Assembly (NCBI RefSeq): GCF_009834535.1
Contig: NC_045707.1
Span: 59,956,001 to 60,020,000 of the forward strand
Direction: 5' to 3'
Length of the DNA stretch: 64,000 bases
DNA from: Camelus ferus
Lineage: Eukaryota
Shown: piece by piece, positions 12,546 to 25,149 of the stretch
Position numbering within the stretch: the first letter of the stretch is position 1
How the letters are laid out: every line of letters starts with the position of its first letter
Position numbers and translations under genes: made by a program
Notes under the pieces: model-generated
The model's input: the letters and a program-made list of their open reading frames with translations, nothing else
Told to the model about the DNA's origin: nothing
The model's database searches: none

Positions 12546-13745
12546 AGAACACTTGCAAAATGCCTAGATGATTTTTCCAAGTACATGGTAGGTGCTCAAT
12601 GAATGGATGCTGAGACTGTCAGTGTTATTAATGTTTATTAGTGTTATTCTGGGTCCAGCCAAATGCTGACAATAATGAGCTGAGAGCTAGGCACCTCCCT
12701 CCAGGAGGAGCACATATTCCATTGCTCTCTACAATGTGACTTGAAATATAAGTTTATGTGAGGGTACAATTATGAAGAAGGAAGGAAGATAACCACTGAG
12801 AAGACCCACTGGGACTCCACAAGCATAAATAAAACTCCATTGTGAAAAGCAGCCTAGCTTTACATAAAGGTGCAGAAGCCTGCTCTTCTGGGTCTTTATT
12901 TGAGCTTGGGAAGATTTCTCAAGTTAAACGTTGATCAGCATAAGACTCTCTAATATTGCTTAAAAATCCTTCTCCACTGTGACTAGACACTGTCGTCTCT
13001 TTGAACAGAAACTAGGACCACTTCTTCATTTTTAAGGACTTATATAACTTTAGTTCAGGTGACCAGCTGATCTTTCTCAGAAAAAGAGATAAAATAACCA
13101 GAACAAGTACTGATTTTCCTTTAGGGACCCAAAGGGTAGAGTGGTTGGAGTAAAGAAGGTTATGGACCGACCAATAGGCCCCAAACCAGTTGCTAAAATC
13201 ATCAGTGGAGAACTGCCTAAAAATGCACAGTCATCAGCCATATTAACATTGCAAAGGCTATTAGACTGTCTCACTATGCCAGGTATCACTGCTCCACTCA
13301 GATGCATGAATAGGTACCACACATAAATGGAAGGGGAAAAGTCATCAGTTATAATACATGAAGCAAATTTAAAAAGCACAATACTGTGAAAGGTACTTTT
13401 ATTTATGCCAGCATTACATTGGGTATTCAAAGTTCCTTCAACATTCAATCAACTAATAATTATTAAATAAACAGTGTGTGTCAGTGACTGTCAAACTCCA
13501 GTAGGAGAAAGTCCATTTGATCTGAAAATTAGAGACACTGGTGCCATAGACAAGACAACTTCAGCAGAGAGCTATCAGTAGAAATCAGAATAAAACTGGG
13601 TTAAATTTGGCAAACGAAGATGTAAGAGAGGTAAACACAACCTCTCTTTTAAGAGATTTAGGAGAATGAAAGACACAGAGACAGAGAAATAGACCAAGTC
13701 CTTGAGCTTCAAGATACTTGTCTGTGTTTGGCTGAAAGTGTCAGA

Positions 13746-13788
13746 ATGTGTGTGCATGCATGTGTGTGTACATGCACACACACATATG
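13746..13788. repeat. 43-bp alternating purine-pyrimidine (TG/CA) tract
   Basis: atgtgtgtgcatgcatgtgtgtgtacatgcacacacacatatg. Confidence 0.9.
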
Positions 13789-14514
13789 GGTGTCCCTACA
13801 CAACTTTGTTTTAAAGCTGCACCAGACAGCTTGTTTCTGGCCTTGGTGAAGAATTCCATATTAAAGGAGAGGTTGAAAATCAAATGAAAAGAAAAACTAA
13901 TTAAAGGAATCAGTTCTTGGAGAGGAAAGAAGGTAACTGGATCAAGAGGAACTAGCCTCGGGTAGAAGTCTTGGAGGTAATTTTAAAGCAAAGGTCTCTG
14001 GGCGAAAAAAAATACAATTTTTGAAGTAGAACTTATAAAGTATATAATGGAGTAAATAAAACAAATACTCTTATTTCCAAGAATAAATAGAATTCCGCAA
14101 GTGGAAAGACAAACATGTGAAAAGTATAACCACATACCTCCCCAGATACAACACAAAATGTCACTTATGGTCCCGTATTTTTCTTTTATTATTTATATGG
14201 AACAACACTCATGAAAGAGCTTTTTTATTGGATTGTCGTAAATATTATGTTTTCCTTGGTATGAGAATTTTCATCTTATATTAATATCTTCACTGTCACC
14301 AGTAAGAAGCTACCTAAGTTATAGGGGAATCTTTGGTCTGTTGTGAAAATCAAACTTCCCTGAAGAATCATAATAATGTATCATTTGAATGTTTTAATTA
14401 AAGATAAAAAGAACCTCCTTACTGCACAGATTTAAAAGGTGTATTTGAGTATAAATAAAAGAGAAAAATCAAAATATAGCTCTCTTTTTATCAGATAAAA
14501 TCATGCTCTCACTT

Positions 14515-15087
14515 CCAAAGAATACAGATAGGGAAAATAAGAACCTTGCAGCAGAGAATACCAGCAAACACTACCTCAGCCAAGTGATCAAAGTTACTAT
14601 CACCAGGACTCACGTTGTTACCAGGTACCTCCTGCTAGGAGATGACAAGGAGGGAACTTTGCTTCGGTGATATTCTTCCCCGAGCCTCACAGCTCAAGTC
14701 CAATATTAGTCAAAACTAAATTGAGGAATATTTTAATAAATAACCAGCCAGTACCCCTGAACAAACATCAAGGTCATGCAAAAGACAAGGGAAGACTAAA
14801 ATACTGCCACAGGAAACTAGGAAGTCATGATGATTAGATGTAATGTGCTAACTTGGACTGGATCATTCAACAGAAAAAAGGACATTAGTGGAAAAATCTG
14901 TGAAATCCAAATAAATTCTGGAATTTCGTCAGTATTAGTGTGCTAATATTAGTTTCCTAGTTTTGATAAATACCCCAAGGCTAACCTTCGGGGAAATGAA
15001 GAAGGGGGACAAGGAAACTCTCTACTATTCACACAGTCTTTCTACAAATATAAAATCACTCCAAAAATACAAAGTTCATTTAAAAAT
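14515..15087 (+). mobile_element. Old L1 3' end (L1MC4/5-like)
   Basis: aacactacctcagccaagtgatcaaagttactatcacca...ggactggatcattcaacagaaaaaaggacattagtggaaaaa...gtttcctagttttgataaat. Confidence 0.8.
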
Positions 15088-15597
15088 CAACGTATTTATA
15101 AAAAGAAGTTAAATGAAAACCCCAGTGTCTATTTTTGAATTATCTCAAATTGCAATTAAACTACTGCTGAAACAGAAGCAATCATGGCCCCAGTTAAAGC
15201 ATGAGAGCAAAGTAAAAGGTTAATTTTGAAGTATAGTTATAAAAATCTTGAAGCAAAATTAGAAACACGAAGTCTCCTGCCTACATTGTAAAACTCACTC
15301 TGTTTATAACTTCTTTCCTTCTCTTCTCATACTATGTCATTTTATTGGACTTATCGATGTCTTCCTGAAAATACCATTTTTTTATTAATTGGCTACATTC
15401 TCATGGATGCAGATTGGATGCAAACTTGAACCACATTGCTTTGCTCATTGTACTGTTCAGAATATGAAGGCACCTTGGGCTACAACCCTATTATGAAAAG
15501 TAAACACATAAATTATATCCAAAACCCAGAGACTGTCACTTGGTTCATCAAATGAAAGTATTTTTAATACTTCCACACAATCCTTAAATATGTATTT

Positions 15598-16290
15598 CCT
15601 TTTTTAATAGCCTTCTTGAGGTATATACTTTAAAATTCACCCATTTAAAACTACTAAAACCCATTCATTGTACATCACCAGAGTTGTATAACCATCACCA
15701 TGATCTAATTTCAGAACATTTTCAACATCCAAAACAGAAACCCCATGCCCATTACCAATAACTCCTCATGCCACATCCCACCCCCAGCCCAGGCAACCAT
15801 TAATTTAATTTCTAGCTCTCTACATCTCCCTGTTCTGCATCTTTCACAGTAATGAAATCATACATGTGGTCCTTTGTGACTGGCTTCAGTTGGCATAAGG
15901 CTTTCAAGATTCATCCATGTAGTAGCTTGTATCAGCATGCCCTTTCTTTTTATCATGAAATAATACTCCATTGAGTGAATGTATTGCATTTTGTTTATCC
16001 ATTTATCAGCTGATGGGCATTTGGGTTATTTCCAACCTGGGGATGTTACGAATAAAGCTTCCACAAATATTTATTTTTACCTAAGTTTTTGCGTGGACGT
16101 ATATTTTCCTTGCTCTCAGATGTATACTTAAAGGTGGGGTTCCTGCATTAAATGGTAACTCTATGTTTAACATTTTGCAGAACTGCCAAACTGTTTTCCC
16201 AAGTGGCTGCACTGTTTTACATTCCTTTCAGTGATACACGAGGTTTCCAATTACTCCACATTCTCACCAACACTTGTCATTGTCTGTCTT
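15598..16290 (-). mobile_element. L1MB-like 3' end, 5'-truncated
   Basis: ttttaatagccttcttgaggtata...aaccatcaccatgatctaatttcagaacattttc...caagattcatccatgtagtagc; flanked by near-TSD aaatatgtattt / aaagatgtattt. Confidence 0.85.
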
Positions 16291-16679
16291 AAAAGATGTA
16301 TTTTTATATTTGTGATATCTCTTGGTCATTTTATTGCCTCTTAAAATTGTTGTCTTCTGATCTCCCTTCCATGGAAACTCCTATGTTACCAAACAACTCT
16401 ACAAAACAAGTTTCAAATGATATGTAATATACTAAATCCATAATCCATCTTAATCCTATTATTTTCAAAGTGTTTTACTTCATTCCCCTCTGACCTAATC
16501 ATTATCCTTCTTTCTTTCTTTAATAATTACTTTAATATGACTTCAAAATATAAATTCCCACTAAAGTAATTCTTCGCAAAGCAATTAATGTGACATGCAT
16601 TTATCTCGGTGATAGGAGCAAAATTATTAATTTAGCCATGTTCACAGACTTCTCCAATGAAAGATAATTGTGTAATTCA

Positions 16680-16900
16680 GTTTCTTATTGCTGCTCATGA
16701 CCCATTAATGAATCATAAAGTCAACTGGATGGGTCATAAGTGAAACTTCTAAATAGAGGACAGAGGAGAATAGAGGGGTGAGGAAGGGTCGAGCAGGGTA
16801 GAAAAGAATCAAATAAAATAGAAATGTTGGAGTCCACTGCATTATTTTCTGACACTTTCCACTCATTTATATGTTCAAGAAAGCTTGAAAACCACTGGTG
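16680..16900. mobile_element. Probable hAT-Charlie non-autonomous element
   Basis: tgacccattaatgaatcataaagtcaactggatgggtcat...aatagaaatgttggagt..., ending in gaaaaccactg (Charlie-type TIR). Confidence 0.45.
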
Positions 16901-17341
16901 AAATCACAAATTTGATTTTCCCTTACCTCTTTCTCACAAAGGAATAATTCTCTCCTAAATTGAAAGACTTGGAAAAGGTATTAAGAGGAGGATTTTTAAA
17001 AGACAGATTGTGCAAAACGAAATTGTAGAATTAATTTGAAGAGAGAAGAACTGAGTTAGAAAAGGGAATTTTAATAAATGCTGATTGTGAGCTATATATT
17101 TAGGTTATTTTTATGTCTGTTTGAAGGGCAGAGCAAGTTAAATGTAGAATATATTTCTAATTATTTTGGACTATAAACTTTGCCTCTTGTATGCCATTCT
17201 GAGATCTAGGTTATTAAGAGCCACATAATATATTCATACTTACAAATATATGCTCACTTATGTAAACAGGAATTTATTATGATTGGAAAAGATGACTTAA
17301 CGACTCTCCAGACAAACAGAATTTGTCTTTTTTAGAGATGA

Positions 17342-17562
17342 CAGTAGCTTATAGTTAAGAGCATAAACTTTAGAGTCATGCAGACTTCAGATAATTCCAA
17401 TTTTACTTCCAATTTTATATGGTACACTGAAAAAAATTACTCAACTTACATAAGACTCAATTTTCTTCTGAAAATTTACATTGCTTTAAAAATCAAATAA
17501 TATAAAGCACATTAAAACAAACTTAGTGTAATATCCTAGCACACAGTATCAGTAAATGGAAG
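17342..17562 (+). mobile_element. MIR SINE
   Basis: tagcttatagttaagagcataaactttagagtcatgcagactt...gactcaattttcttct...aaacttagtgtaatatcctagcacacagta. Confidence 0.65.
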
Positions 17563-18989
17563 CTCTTTTTTATTAAAATTATTTTATAAATCTTAAAAAG
17601 TAGTTTAAAGCAGATAATCCAAAGATACTGTCAATTTTAATCAAGAGAACGTGAGTGGATATAATAGAAAACATAGCTGATATAAGCAATCAGACAAGGA
17701 CTAGCACCATTCAATGAGTCTATCATAACTGCCAGTTCATGTAATTACTATATTCATTATGATTTTCAAAATTGACATATGATACGCAAAAAGGCTAGAT
17801 CATTACCTGTGTTCCAATTTCCAATAATTAATTAAAACTGAAATCAGCTATAGAACAGTCCACTGACAGCACAGGGAAACTGTGTGCATCAGCCAGGTAA
17901 AATTAATAAGGCAAAATGACACATACAGGAGTAGGATGTTGAAAACTCAGTTAGAACTTATGTATTTTATCTAACACTGATTAAACTATACCATACTTCG
18001 GAAAGATAAGAAGTCTGGCGTAAACACCATTTGTTCAATATGAAGCCACTGGGGAAAATGGAGATTGAAAGCGCTGATCAAGAAAGGCTAGGGAATCAAC
18101 TGCAAATTAAAATATTGGAATAAATGCTTTTAACTCATGTTCCTGTTTTAACTTGGTGAAGTACTTCCTACTCAGTCAGTTCATCTAGAAAATGTCACTG
18201 TCCAAGAACCTCTAACCCTTGACACGTTAGAGAGGTTTCACTCTGATCCACAACCCTCCCTACGCCTCGGGAGAAGAGTGAGGCTCCTGAGACATCTCTC
18301 TATTACCTAATAAGCTGCACACTCCAATGGTATCTGAGTCTCAATAATTCATAGATATTACGACCAAAAGTAGATCTGTAACAAAAATAGTATCTAGCCT
18401 GGCGTCCAACACATAGTAGATGCTCACCAGATGTCTAGTTGAGGAAAGCAAGAAATCAGGAAAAATAAGATCTATTGCCTTAAGTAACAACACCTATTTC
18501 ATTTCATTCTCCAACAGAATTTTCCCCAAATTCTAAAATAAGGATTATTTCTTCAATTATCAGAAAAAAACTACAAACATTCATTGCTAACAGACAAAGG
18601 TTTGTATTAAATATTGAAGACTTACCCTTTAAAAGAGATAACAGACATAAAAAGGGCTACTCATTCCTAATAATACAGGGGAAAAAGAAGAGGAGGGATA
18701 AAGAGAAAGACAAAATTAAACAAAATTAAATTAATATATCACCAGAGAATGTTAAGGCACCACCTTATTTCTCTGAAAGCAAATGAATAAAAAGAAAAAA
18801 TAAAATTATGCTGCTTTTCCTGTTTAAATTGTATTTCACAGTAAATGAGACAAGTTTACATAGGGAAATTCTACCTAATAAATGCAAACAGAATCAAAGA
18901 TTTAGACTGCCACCGTTCTTCAATATCTAATAAACAGACTGATTTGTACAATGGTCATCAATGAATGGTAAAACTATTAGGTGCAAAGT

Positions 18990-19700
18990 TGATGGAAAAG
19001 TTCTGGCTGCCTCCTAACACCATCTGAACCCAATCTAAGTGTCACTAAAAGTCAAACCACCAGACATTGTTTACCACCAATATGATGGAACGTGAAACAC
19101 ACAGCACCACTTATGAATTTTCTTGCAAAAAATAAATGTAAATCTAAATAAGTTCTTCTATCTAGCTTCTAGTCTACACGAACGTGTAAAATAGGAGAAT
19201 GAATTAAATACCTGGACAAAGCAGCAGTCAGAAAAATCGAAACTCCCAAAATGTGGGACTTTCTACAAGACAACTAAGTAATAGCTTCTACAAAATAATC
19301 GAATGAGAGAGGAGGAGGAAGGGGTGAAGAGATGAAGACAGGGATGGGGGAAATGAAGAAAGGAAGAATGGAGGAAGGAAAGATGGAGGGACGGAGAGAA
19401 AAGGAGGGAGGGAAGGAGGAAAGAAGGATGGTGGTAGTGGGGCTGGGGTTCGGGCTGAGTGTGGGGAGGATAAAGGAAGTTGGTTCTTAGATCTAAAGAA
19501 CCCAAAAGAGTGAAAGGGACTTAGAGAACAAAATCAGATACAAGGAATGGATCTTGTTTGGAACCTGATTTGAAGAAACCAACTGTTTAAAACACACACA
19601 TTTCTTAGACAACAAGTCAATGTGAATTTGATATGAACTGAGAATACCCTTAAGTGAGTATTGCTCATTTTATTTGAAGTGATAATTAAATTGTATTCAG
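18990..19700 (+). mobile_element. Ancient L1 3' region (L1ME-like) with internal GA-rich tract
   Basis: aaccaccagacattg...acacagcaccacttatgaattttcttgcaaaaa...aatgtgggactttctacaagacaact...ggatcttgtttggaacctgatttga. Confidence 0.7.
19303..19470 (+). repeat. GA-rich low-complexity polypurine tract
   Basis: gagagaggaggaggaaggggtgaagagatgaag...ggagggagggaaggaggaaagaagg. Confidence 0.85.
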
Positions 19701-19754
19701 TGGTCTGCTAATGACAAAGTGATAGCTTTAACTGCTATATGGCTCTAAGCTAAC

Positions 19755-19885
19755 TCCAGTAGATGAAGACCAGAAGCTCCAAGGGAGGGACCATGCTCAT
19801 TTCATTCTCTGCTGTCCCCGCAGTGCCTAACACTGTGCCCACACAGGAGACAAGGAGCTCCCTCAATATTTATTGAGTGGTTGTA
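19755..19885 (+). mobile_element. L2 3' end
   Basis: gaagctccaagggagggaccatgctcatttcattctctgctgtccccgcagtgcctaacactgtgccc...ctcaatatttattgagtg. Confidence 0.75.
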
Positions 19886-20176
19886 TCTAGGACAGTCTCA
19901 AAGCACAGCTCAGAAGCTTGCCTGGGAGTTTTAACAGTAAAATACAGGAAATAGCAGAAAGCTTTTGAGAACATGCAAATTGCTTTACATGGCTGGAATT
20001 TCAGGCACATTTGGAAGAAAAATGAGAGATGTAGCTGAAGTAGCAAGAAGGAAGCAAATCATAATTATCCTCCATATGCCATGAACTTTGTGTTTTACCC
20101 AGTTGGTAGAGGTCAGTCATTGGCAGGGTTTGACTACACATAAATTAGAATGAGGTCTTCTATCTTTCTCTAGAAG

Positions 20177-20380
20177 AGAGTTGTTCAATATCTGTGCTGC
20201 TTACATTTTTGGCCAGGTAACGTTTTGTGGTTGTTTTGCACATTGTAGATTGTTTAGCAACACCCCTAGCCCTTGCCATCTAGATGTCAGTACCATACAT
20301 CTGTGACAACCAATAAAGCAGCTCCAGACATTGCCAAATTCCACCTAGGGGGCAAAATGTCTTCCAGCTGAGAATCACTG
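20177..20380 (+). mobile_element. MER20 (hAT-Charlie MITE), nested in antisense L2
   Basis: acatttttggccaggtaac...tgcacattgtagattgtttagcaacacccctagcc...ctccagacattgccaaattccacctagggggcaaaat...tgagaatcactg. Confidence 0.85.
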
Positions 20381-20718
20381 CACCGGAAATTTTGTGAATC
20401 AGAAGGTGAAACTCAAGGCAGGGAGGTAGATCAGAAAGCTACTGCAAACAGAGACTAAGTGCCTGAACTAATGCAGCAGTGCGGGGAACAGGAGGGAGGA
20501 AAACGGATCTGAGTGACATCTGAGAGGTAAACACAGCAACCAATTGTGGGTGGTGAATGAGGCTGAACAATGGTCAAAGACAATGCCCAGCTGTCTGGAC
20601 TGAGCCACTGGATGGAAGAGCTAATCATTCAAACAAGGGCTAACGATGAGGGAGACTCATGTATTCATTCATCCAACAACAACATTTACCAAGTCCATTC
20701 TCTAGGGGGTAATGTGTT

Positions 20719-20719
20719 C

Positions 20720-20751
<32 letters not shown>
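20719..20751 (+). repeat. (CAA)11 microsatellite
   Basis: Perfect CAA x11. Confidence 0.95.
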
Positions 20752-20904
20752 AAATACTCTTCTTCTCATGGAACTTATTTTCTAACAGAAGTAGGCAAGT
20801 GAAGAAATGCAGAAATAACCTAACTTCTCAGGGTGATCATTGCTAGGAAGGGATGAGGCAAGAGGCTAAGGAACCTGAAGATGGACACACAAAGAGATGC
20901 TAGT

Positions 20905-21190
20905 ATTACATAGTTGTTTCATCACACAGGCTTGGAACTGGGAGACATGCATGATCTTTGATGCCAATTCTGCTATTAAGTGGTCGTGTTGCTTGGCCTG
21001 TTTAAGTCTCTGTTTCCCCTAGTTGTGACATGAGGATAAGAAGGGTACTTATTTAATAGGCTGTTATGAGTTTTCAACAGGAAAGAATATAGTGTGTGTG
21101 TGCGTGTCCACGCGCCCATGTCTGTGTGTGTGTCTGGAATCTCAGTGCAGTGTCTGGCATGTGTAAGCACTCAATAATAACAATTATTAT
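20905..21190 (+). mobile_element. MIR SINE with internal TG-rich stretch
   Basis: ggcttggaactgggagac...aagtctctgtttcccctagttgtgacatgaggataa...gtgtctggcatgtgtaagcactcaataa. Confidence 0.7.
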
Positions 21191-21282
21191 ATAATCATTC
21201 GGTTGTGTGTGGTCAGGGGGAGGGCTAGTGTTTAATTGCTTTTCTCAAAGCCATTCAGCACTTATGTTTTTCATGCTTTACG

Positions 21283-21380
21283 CCTTCATTCAACCAGTCT
21301 TCATCGTGTGTGTCCTCTGTGGCTGACACTGTTCTAGGAGCCAGGGACCCAGCTGTGAACAAGACAGACAAGGTTCCAGG
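21283..21380 (-). mobile_element. L2 3' end
   Basis: ttcattcaaccag...gacactgttctaggagccagggacccagctgtgaacaagacagacaaggttcc. Confidence 0.75.
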
Positions 21381-21893
21381 CTTCGGCACCAAAGCTGTTC
21401 CTGGCAGCCTCCTGCTTCTTAGCAGCTGCATCTTTGTACTTCACAGCCTGTCTGGGCGCCTCCTTGATGGAACATCAGCAAAACTCCCAACATGACCTCA
21501 TACTGGTCCATTTCAAGAGCAATATATAACAGCTAAAAAGCATTACCAGCATCTGAGGGTATTTAGAAAATTAAACAGCTGTTTCCCCATTGCCAATCTA
21601 TGATGATATCAAGTTTAAAGCTGTTAGAGAGAAAAATGGCTTGGCTCTACGGAAAGCAATTCCAATCAACAATGGCAGCCAAGCTGGAATCTTGCTAAAA
21701 CTGCATCCCGGGGCCAGTTGTGTTCTCAGTAACGATACTGACATCTCCTAAGTGGGAATAACAGGAGGAACAGCTAAAGAGGAGAAAACAGGTTAATGCT
21801 GCAGATATTCCTGGATCAATGGTTTCCAGGAGACAGAGATTGCTAACCGCCATCCACATCCACTTCTGAGTGATGCTGGCTCAGGATCTGAGT

Positions 21894-22074
21894 CAGTGGT
21901 TCTCAACCTTGGTCATAACATTAGAGTCACTTGGGCAAGTCTTAAAAATGGCAGGCCCAAGCCCCGCCCTCTAGAGATTCTCATTTAATTGGATTGGGTG
22001 GGGCCTGGGTATTGGTAGTTTTTTTAAAGGTCCCTAGGTGATTCTAAAGTTTGCAACCTCTTTTGTGAACCATC
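21894..22074. mobile_element. MER5A-family hAT-Charlie MITE
   Basis: cagtggttctcaaccttgg...cattagagtcacttggg...agagattctcatttaattggattgggtggggcctgggtattgg...ccctaggtgattctaa. Confidence 0.85.
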
Positions 22075-22293
22075 AATCAGAGCAAATAATAATCAGTGTG
22101 TGATTTCAATTGAAACATTGCAACTAGGGGAAGGTATAAAGTAGTCAAATTAATTAGAAGAAAACCTGTAAATTATATTTTATCCACTCCTCCCTGGGTC
22201 ATCCTCAAATTATCATCACTTCTTTTAATCCCAAGTCTCAACACCATAATGATTATTATTGAGCTAACAATCTAATTCATTAACAATAATTCA

Positions 22294-22447
22294 GGGAGGT
22301 GAGGGTATAGCTCAGTAGTAGAGCATGTGCTTAGCATGCACAAGGTCTTGGGTTCAATCCCCAGTGCCCCTATTAGAAAACAAACAAATAAATAAATAAA
22401 CCTAATTACCTCCCCTCTCAAAAAAAAAAAAAAAAACCCACGAAACA
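22294..22447 (+). mobile_element. Camelid tRNA-derived SINE (Vic-1-like)
   Basis: gagggtatagctcagtagtagagcatgtgcttagcatgcacaaggtcttgggttcaatccccagt...aataaacctaattacctcccc, poly(A); TSD aataattca at 22285-22293 and 22448-22456. Confidence 0.9.
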
Positions 22448-23389
22448 AATAATTCATACTAAACTAGCTATTGTTTAAGATGCATTGTTTCTTGATATAT
22501 GGTTTACATAAACTAACACAAATAAAAAATTGATTCTTTTTAATTCCTAAAAGTAACTTTAGCTCTCAAAATTTAGTTTCTTTTCTTGATCTCTATCAAC
22601 TTTCTTTCATACTTTCTGTTAAACTGAATGCCATGTTCTAATTTAATATAATTTGAGGACAACTGTACCCAAAAGTAGTCAATTAGAACATTGTAACCTT
22701 ATAAATGACTGAGAATTCTGTATTGATAGGATTCCTTGAAAACAAAACTAAAAATAAAAAAAGTTATTAATGTGTTAAATGAACCAAAAATGGATCAAAT
22801 ATAATTTCAGAGACATTATTTTTCTGACAAAATTGTGTGAAAACATGACAAGACATTGTTTACTTCATTGCTGATTCACACACAGAAAAGGATCATTTCA
22901 TTTTCCAATGATTCACATCACGGTGTTATATTTCAGCAGGCAACTGCCCATTGTGAAATTTGATCAGGTGCAGGGAAAGATGGCATAATTAAGCACAGGA
23001 AATGCTTGAGTGGAGACTACTTTTTGAGGTAAATAACAATAAACAGCATCATGTTATAGCAATTTTTTTCTCCCTACTCAACTTTATAAATGGATAAAAA
23101 GGACTCTGTATTATTCTAAAATTATTATCATAGAGCAGAATAAGCTAATTAGTCACTAAAACCATAGGTAACCTAATTAGTAAAATACTCAACAGATCAC
23201 ATAAAAGGCGATCTTACATACAAAATAGCCATCAGCCCTAACAACAGCTGATATCAAGGTCCAGTATTATTTTGAAATCAAATTGATCTTAAAATAAAAT
23301 AGTATATGAGATACGAAGGCTTTTATCTAATCTGGAAATAACATTCTATCCTAATTGCTGCCAAATAGTATTAAATAATTATGTGATAT

Positions 23390-23550
23390 TATAATGCTTT
23401 ACATAGTGTTTTACTATTTACAAAATGTGAAGATATTGCCTCACTTTGTAGATGTGGAAATTGAGGCTCAGAAGTGCTAAGTAACTCACTCAAGGAAGTT
23501 TGGTTAGAAAAGGGAGAGATGAAATTCAAAGCCAAATCTTGGCTGCCAAT
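23390..23550 (-). mobile_element. MIR SINE
   Basis: cctcactttgtagatgtggaaattgaggctcagaagtgctaagtaactcactcaagg. Confidence 0.75.
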
Positions 23551-24615
23551 AGGAAGGTTCTGTTTTCCTGAATGGTACCACTGTGACTTTTAAAGACTCT
23601 TTATGCATATTTTTATCAAAAAGGTCAGAGAATTACCTTTCTTTATTACTTCTGTGATATGGGAACATTTCTTCCTAATTCATGGGACCAGAAAGACAAC
23701 TTTATTTTTATTTTATTTTCTAGGAAGGGCAAGTGGGCAGATATGTCATAAAAATGACTGAATTTGCTAAGAAATACTATTTTTAAGCAATTTCCATCAT
23801 TCTTGAGTCACGTCTGTCCATTGAAATTAATACCACAAGAAGCAAACTCTTCAAAAGCAAAGACTCCTCTTCATCATCAAATCTGTATTTCAGCTCCTTT
23901 GTAAACTTAGCCAGAAGCTTACAGTTATTCAAGTCACTCCCCCAAAACCCCAAAACACTCACATAAGTAATGACCATTACACATCCTTCATAGTAGGAAC
24001 TATCATCTGATAGCTAAATTAGTCCAGGTCCAGCACAAAGTAGGTGTATCTTTGTTAAAGTCCTATTCTCCTCACCATGTGCTTTTGTGTCCGAGATGTA
24101 AATGCACATTTGTGTGAACATTTAACTAATCTAACCCCTCCTTTATCTGCCCAGAACAGAGTATGCTGCCTGGCACACAGCTGGCCCTTACCCTGTCATG
24201 AGATTATATATACAGTCCTCAGAATAATGGAATAGTTTCAGGTCTACAACAAGCACCTTACGTGTTTATTATCATTACTGTTTTTGAATAAATCAATGAA
24301 TCACTGACAACCTTATCACAACCTGATGTAGCAGATAAGGCAGCTTCTACAGCCTGTATTTTTACTAGATTTTTTTTAACTTAGAGAAATAACATAAGTT
24401 GACCAAAAATACTTGGCAAGGATCTATTTTGTAATGCCATATCATAGAGATTAAGTGAATCAGAGTAAGATCTGATTAAAAGAAGGGAGACATATCTAAT
24501 CTTGGCAGTTCCTAAAATATGGATCCAATCAGAAACTTGAGACCATAAGGAGCAGACGAGCCAACCCCTCTGAGTGCATTTCAGTCCTGACTAGCATCCA
24601 ACTCCTTCACTTCTC

Positions 24616-24972
24616 ATGGCAGACTGTGTTTTTCAAAGATAGTGGCAACTCTATCTTCCTTCACACATGCTCTTCTCCAATGGGATCTACACACTCCTAA
24701 AGTTCTAAAATCACCCCTAAAGGGTCAAATCTAATCCACCTTCCCTTAACGCTAAGCTGTCCTTAGTGATTTTTTTTGACCAGTAGAAATATGGCAGAAG
24801 TGACATTGTAAGACTGAAGAAGGTTAGAGAAGTCCTACAGCTTCTGTCTGGTCTTTGTGGAACCACCCAGCTGGGTCCAGTCAACTCACAGAACCATGAG
24901 AGGTCATTAATATACCGCTAATGATGCTACTAAGTTTGGGAATGATTTATCACACAATAATAGGCAACTTTA
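24616..24972 (+). mobile_element. MaLR MLT1-type LTR (internally deleted)
   Basis: tggcagactgtgtttttcaaagatagtggca...tttgaccagtagaaatatggcagaagtgacattgt...cccagctgggtccagtcaactcacagaaccatgaga...ctactaagtttgggaatgatttatcacacaataatag. Confidence 0.8.
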
Positions 24973-25149
24973 AAATTCAGAAAAAACACACGATCCCTTC
25001 AATACATAGGTACTACGCTAGCTTATACTGCGTGTTGCAGAACCGTTAGGGGTGAGGATGGAATTCGGAGTTAGCACAAGTAGTAACTGAAAGTGCCCGA
25101 CGGCCCCAGGTAAACACAGCCTCTTACTGTGCGTTCTTGCAACTTAGCA

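Noticed and set aside
13077..13448. Overlapping ORFs on both strands, with a plausible + strand acceptor at ~13124
   Set aside because: No recognisable protein similarity in any frame and no convincing donor/acceptor pair.
18626..18666. 41-nt minus-strand pseudo-exon or recursive-splice-like site (ttttaaagGgtaagt)
   Set aside because: Stops in all three frames, and AG and GT are separated by one base, so it is not a canonical AG|GT recursive site.
23783..23977. ORF with a protein-like segment (KELKYRFDDEEESLLLK)
   Set aside because: No recognisable homology or splice signals; the length is expected by chance.
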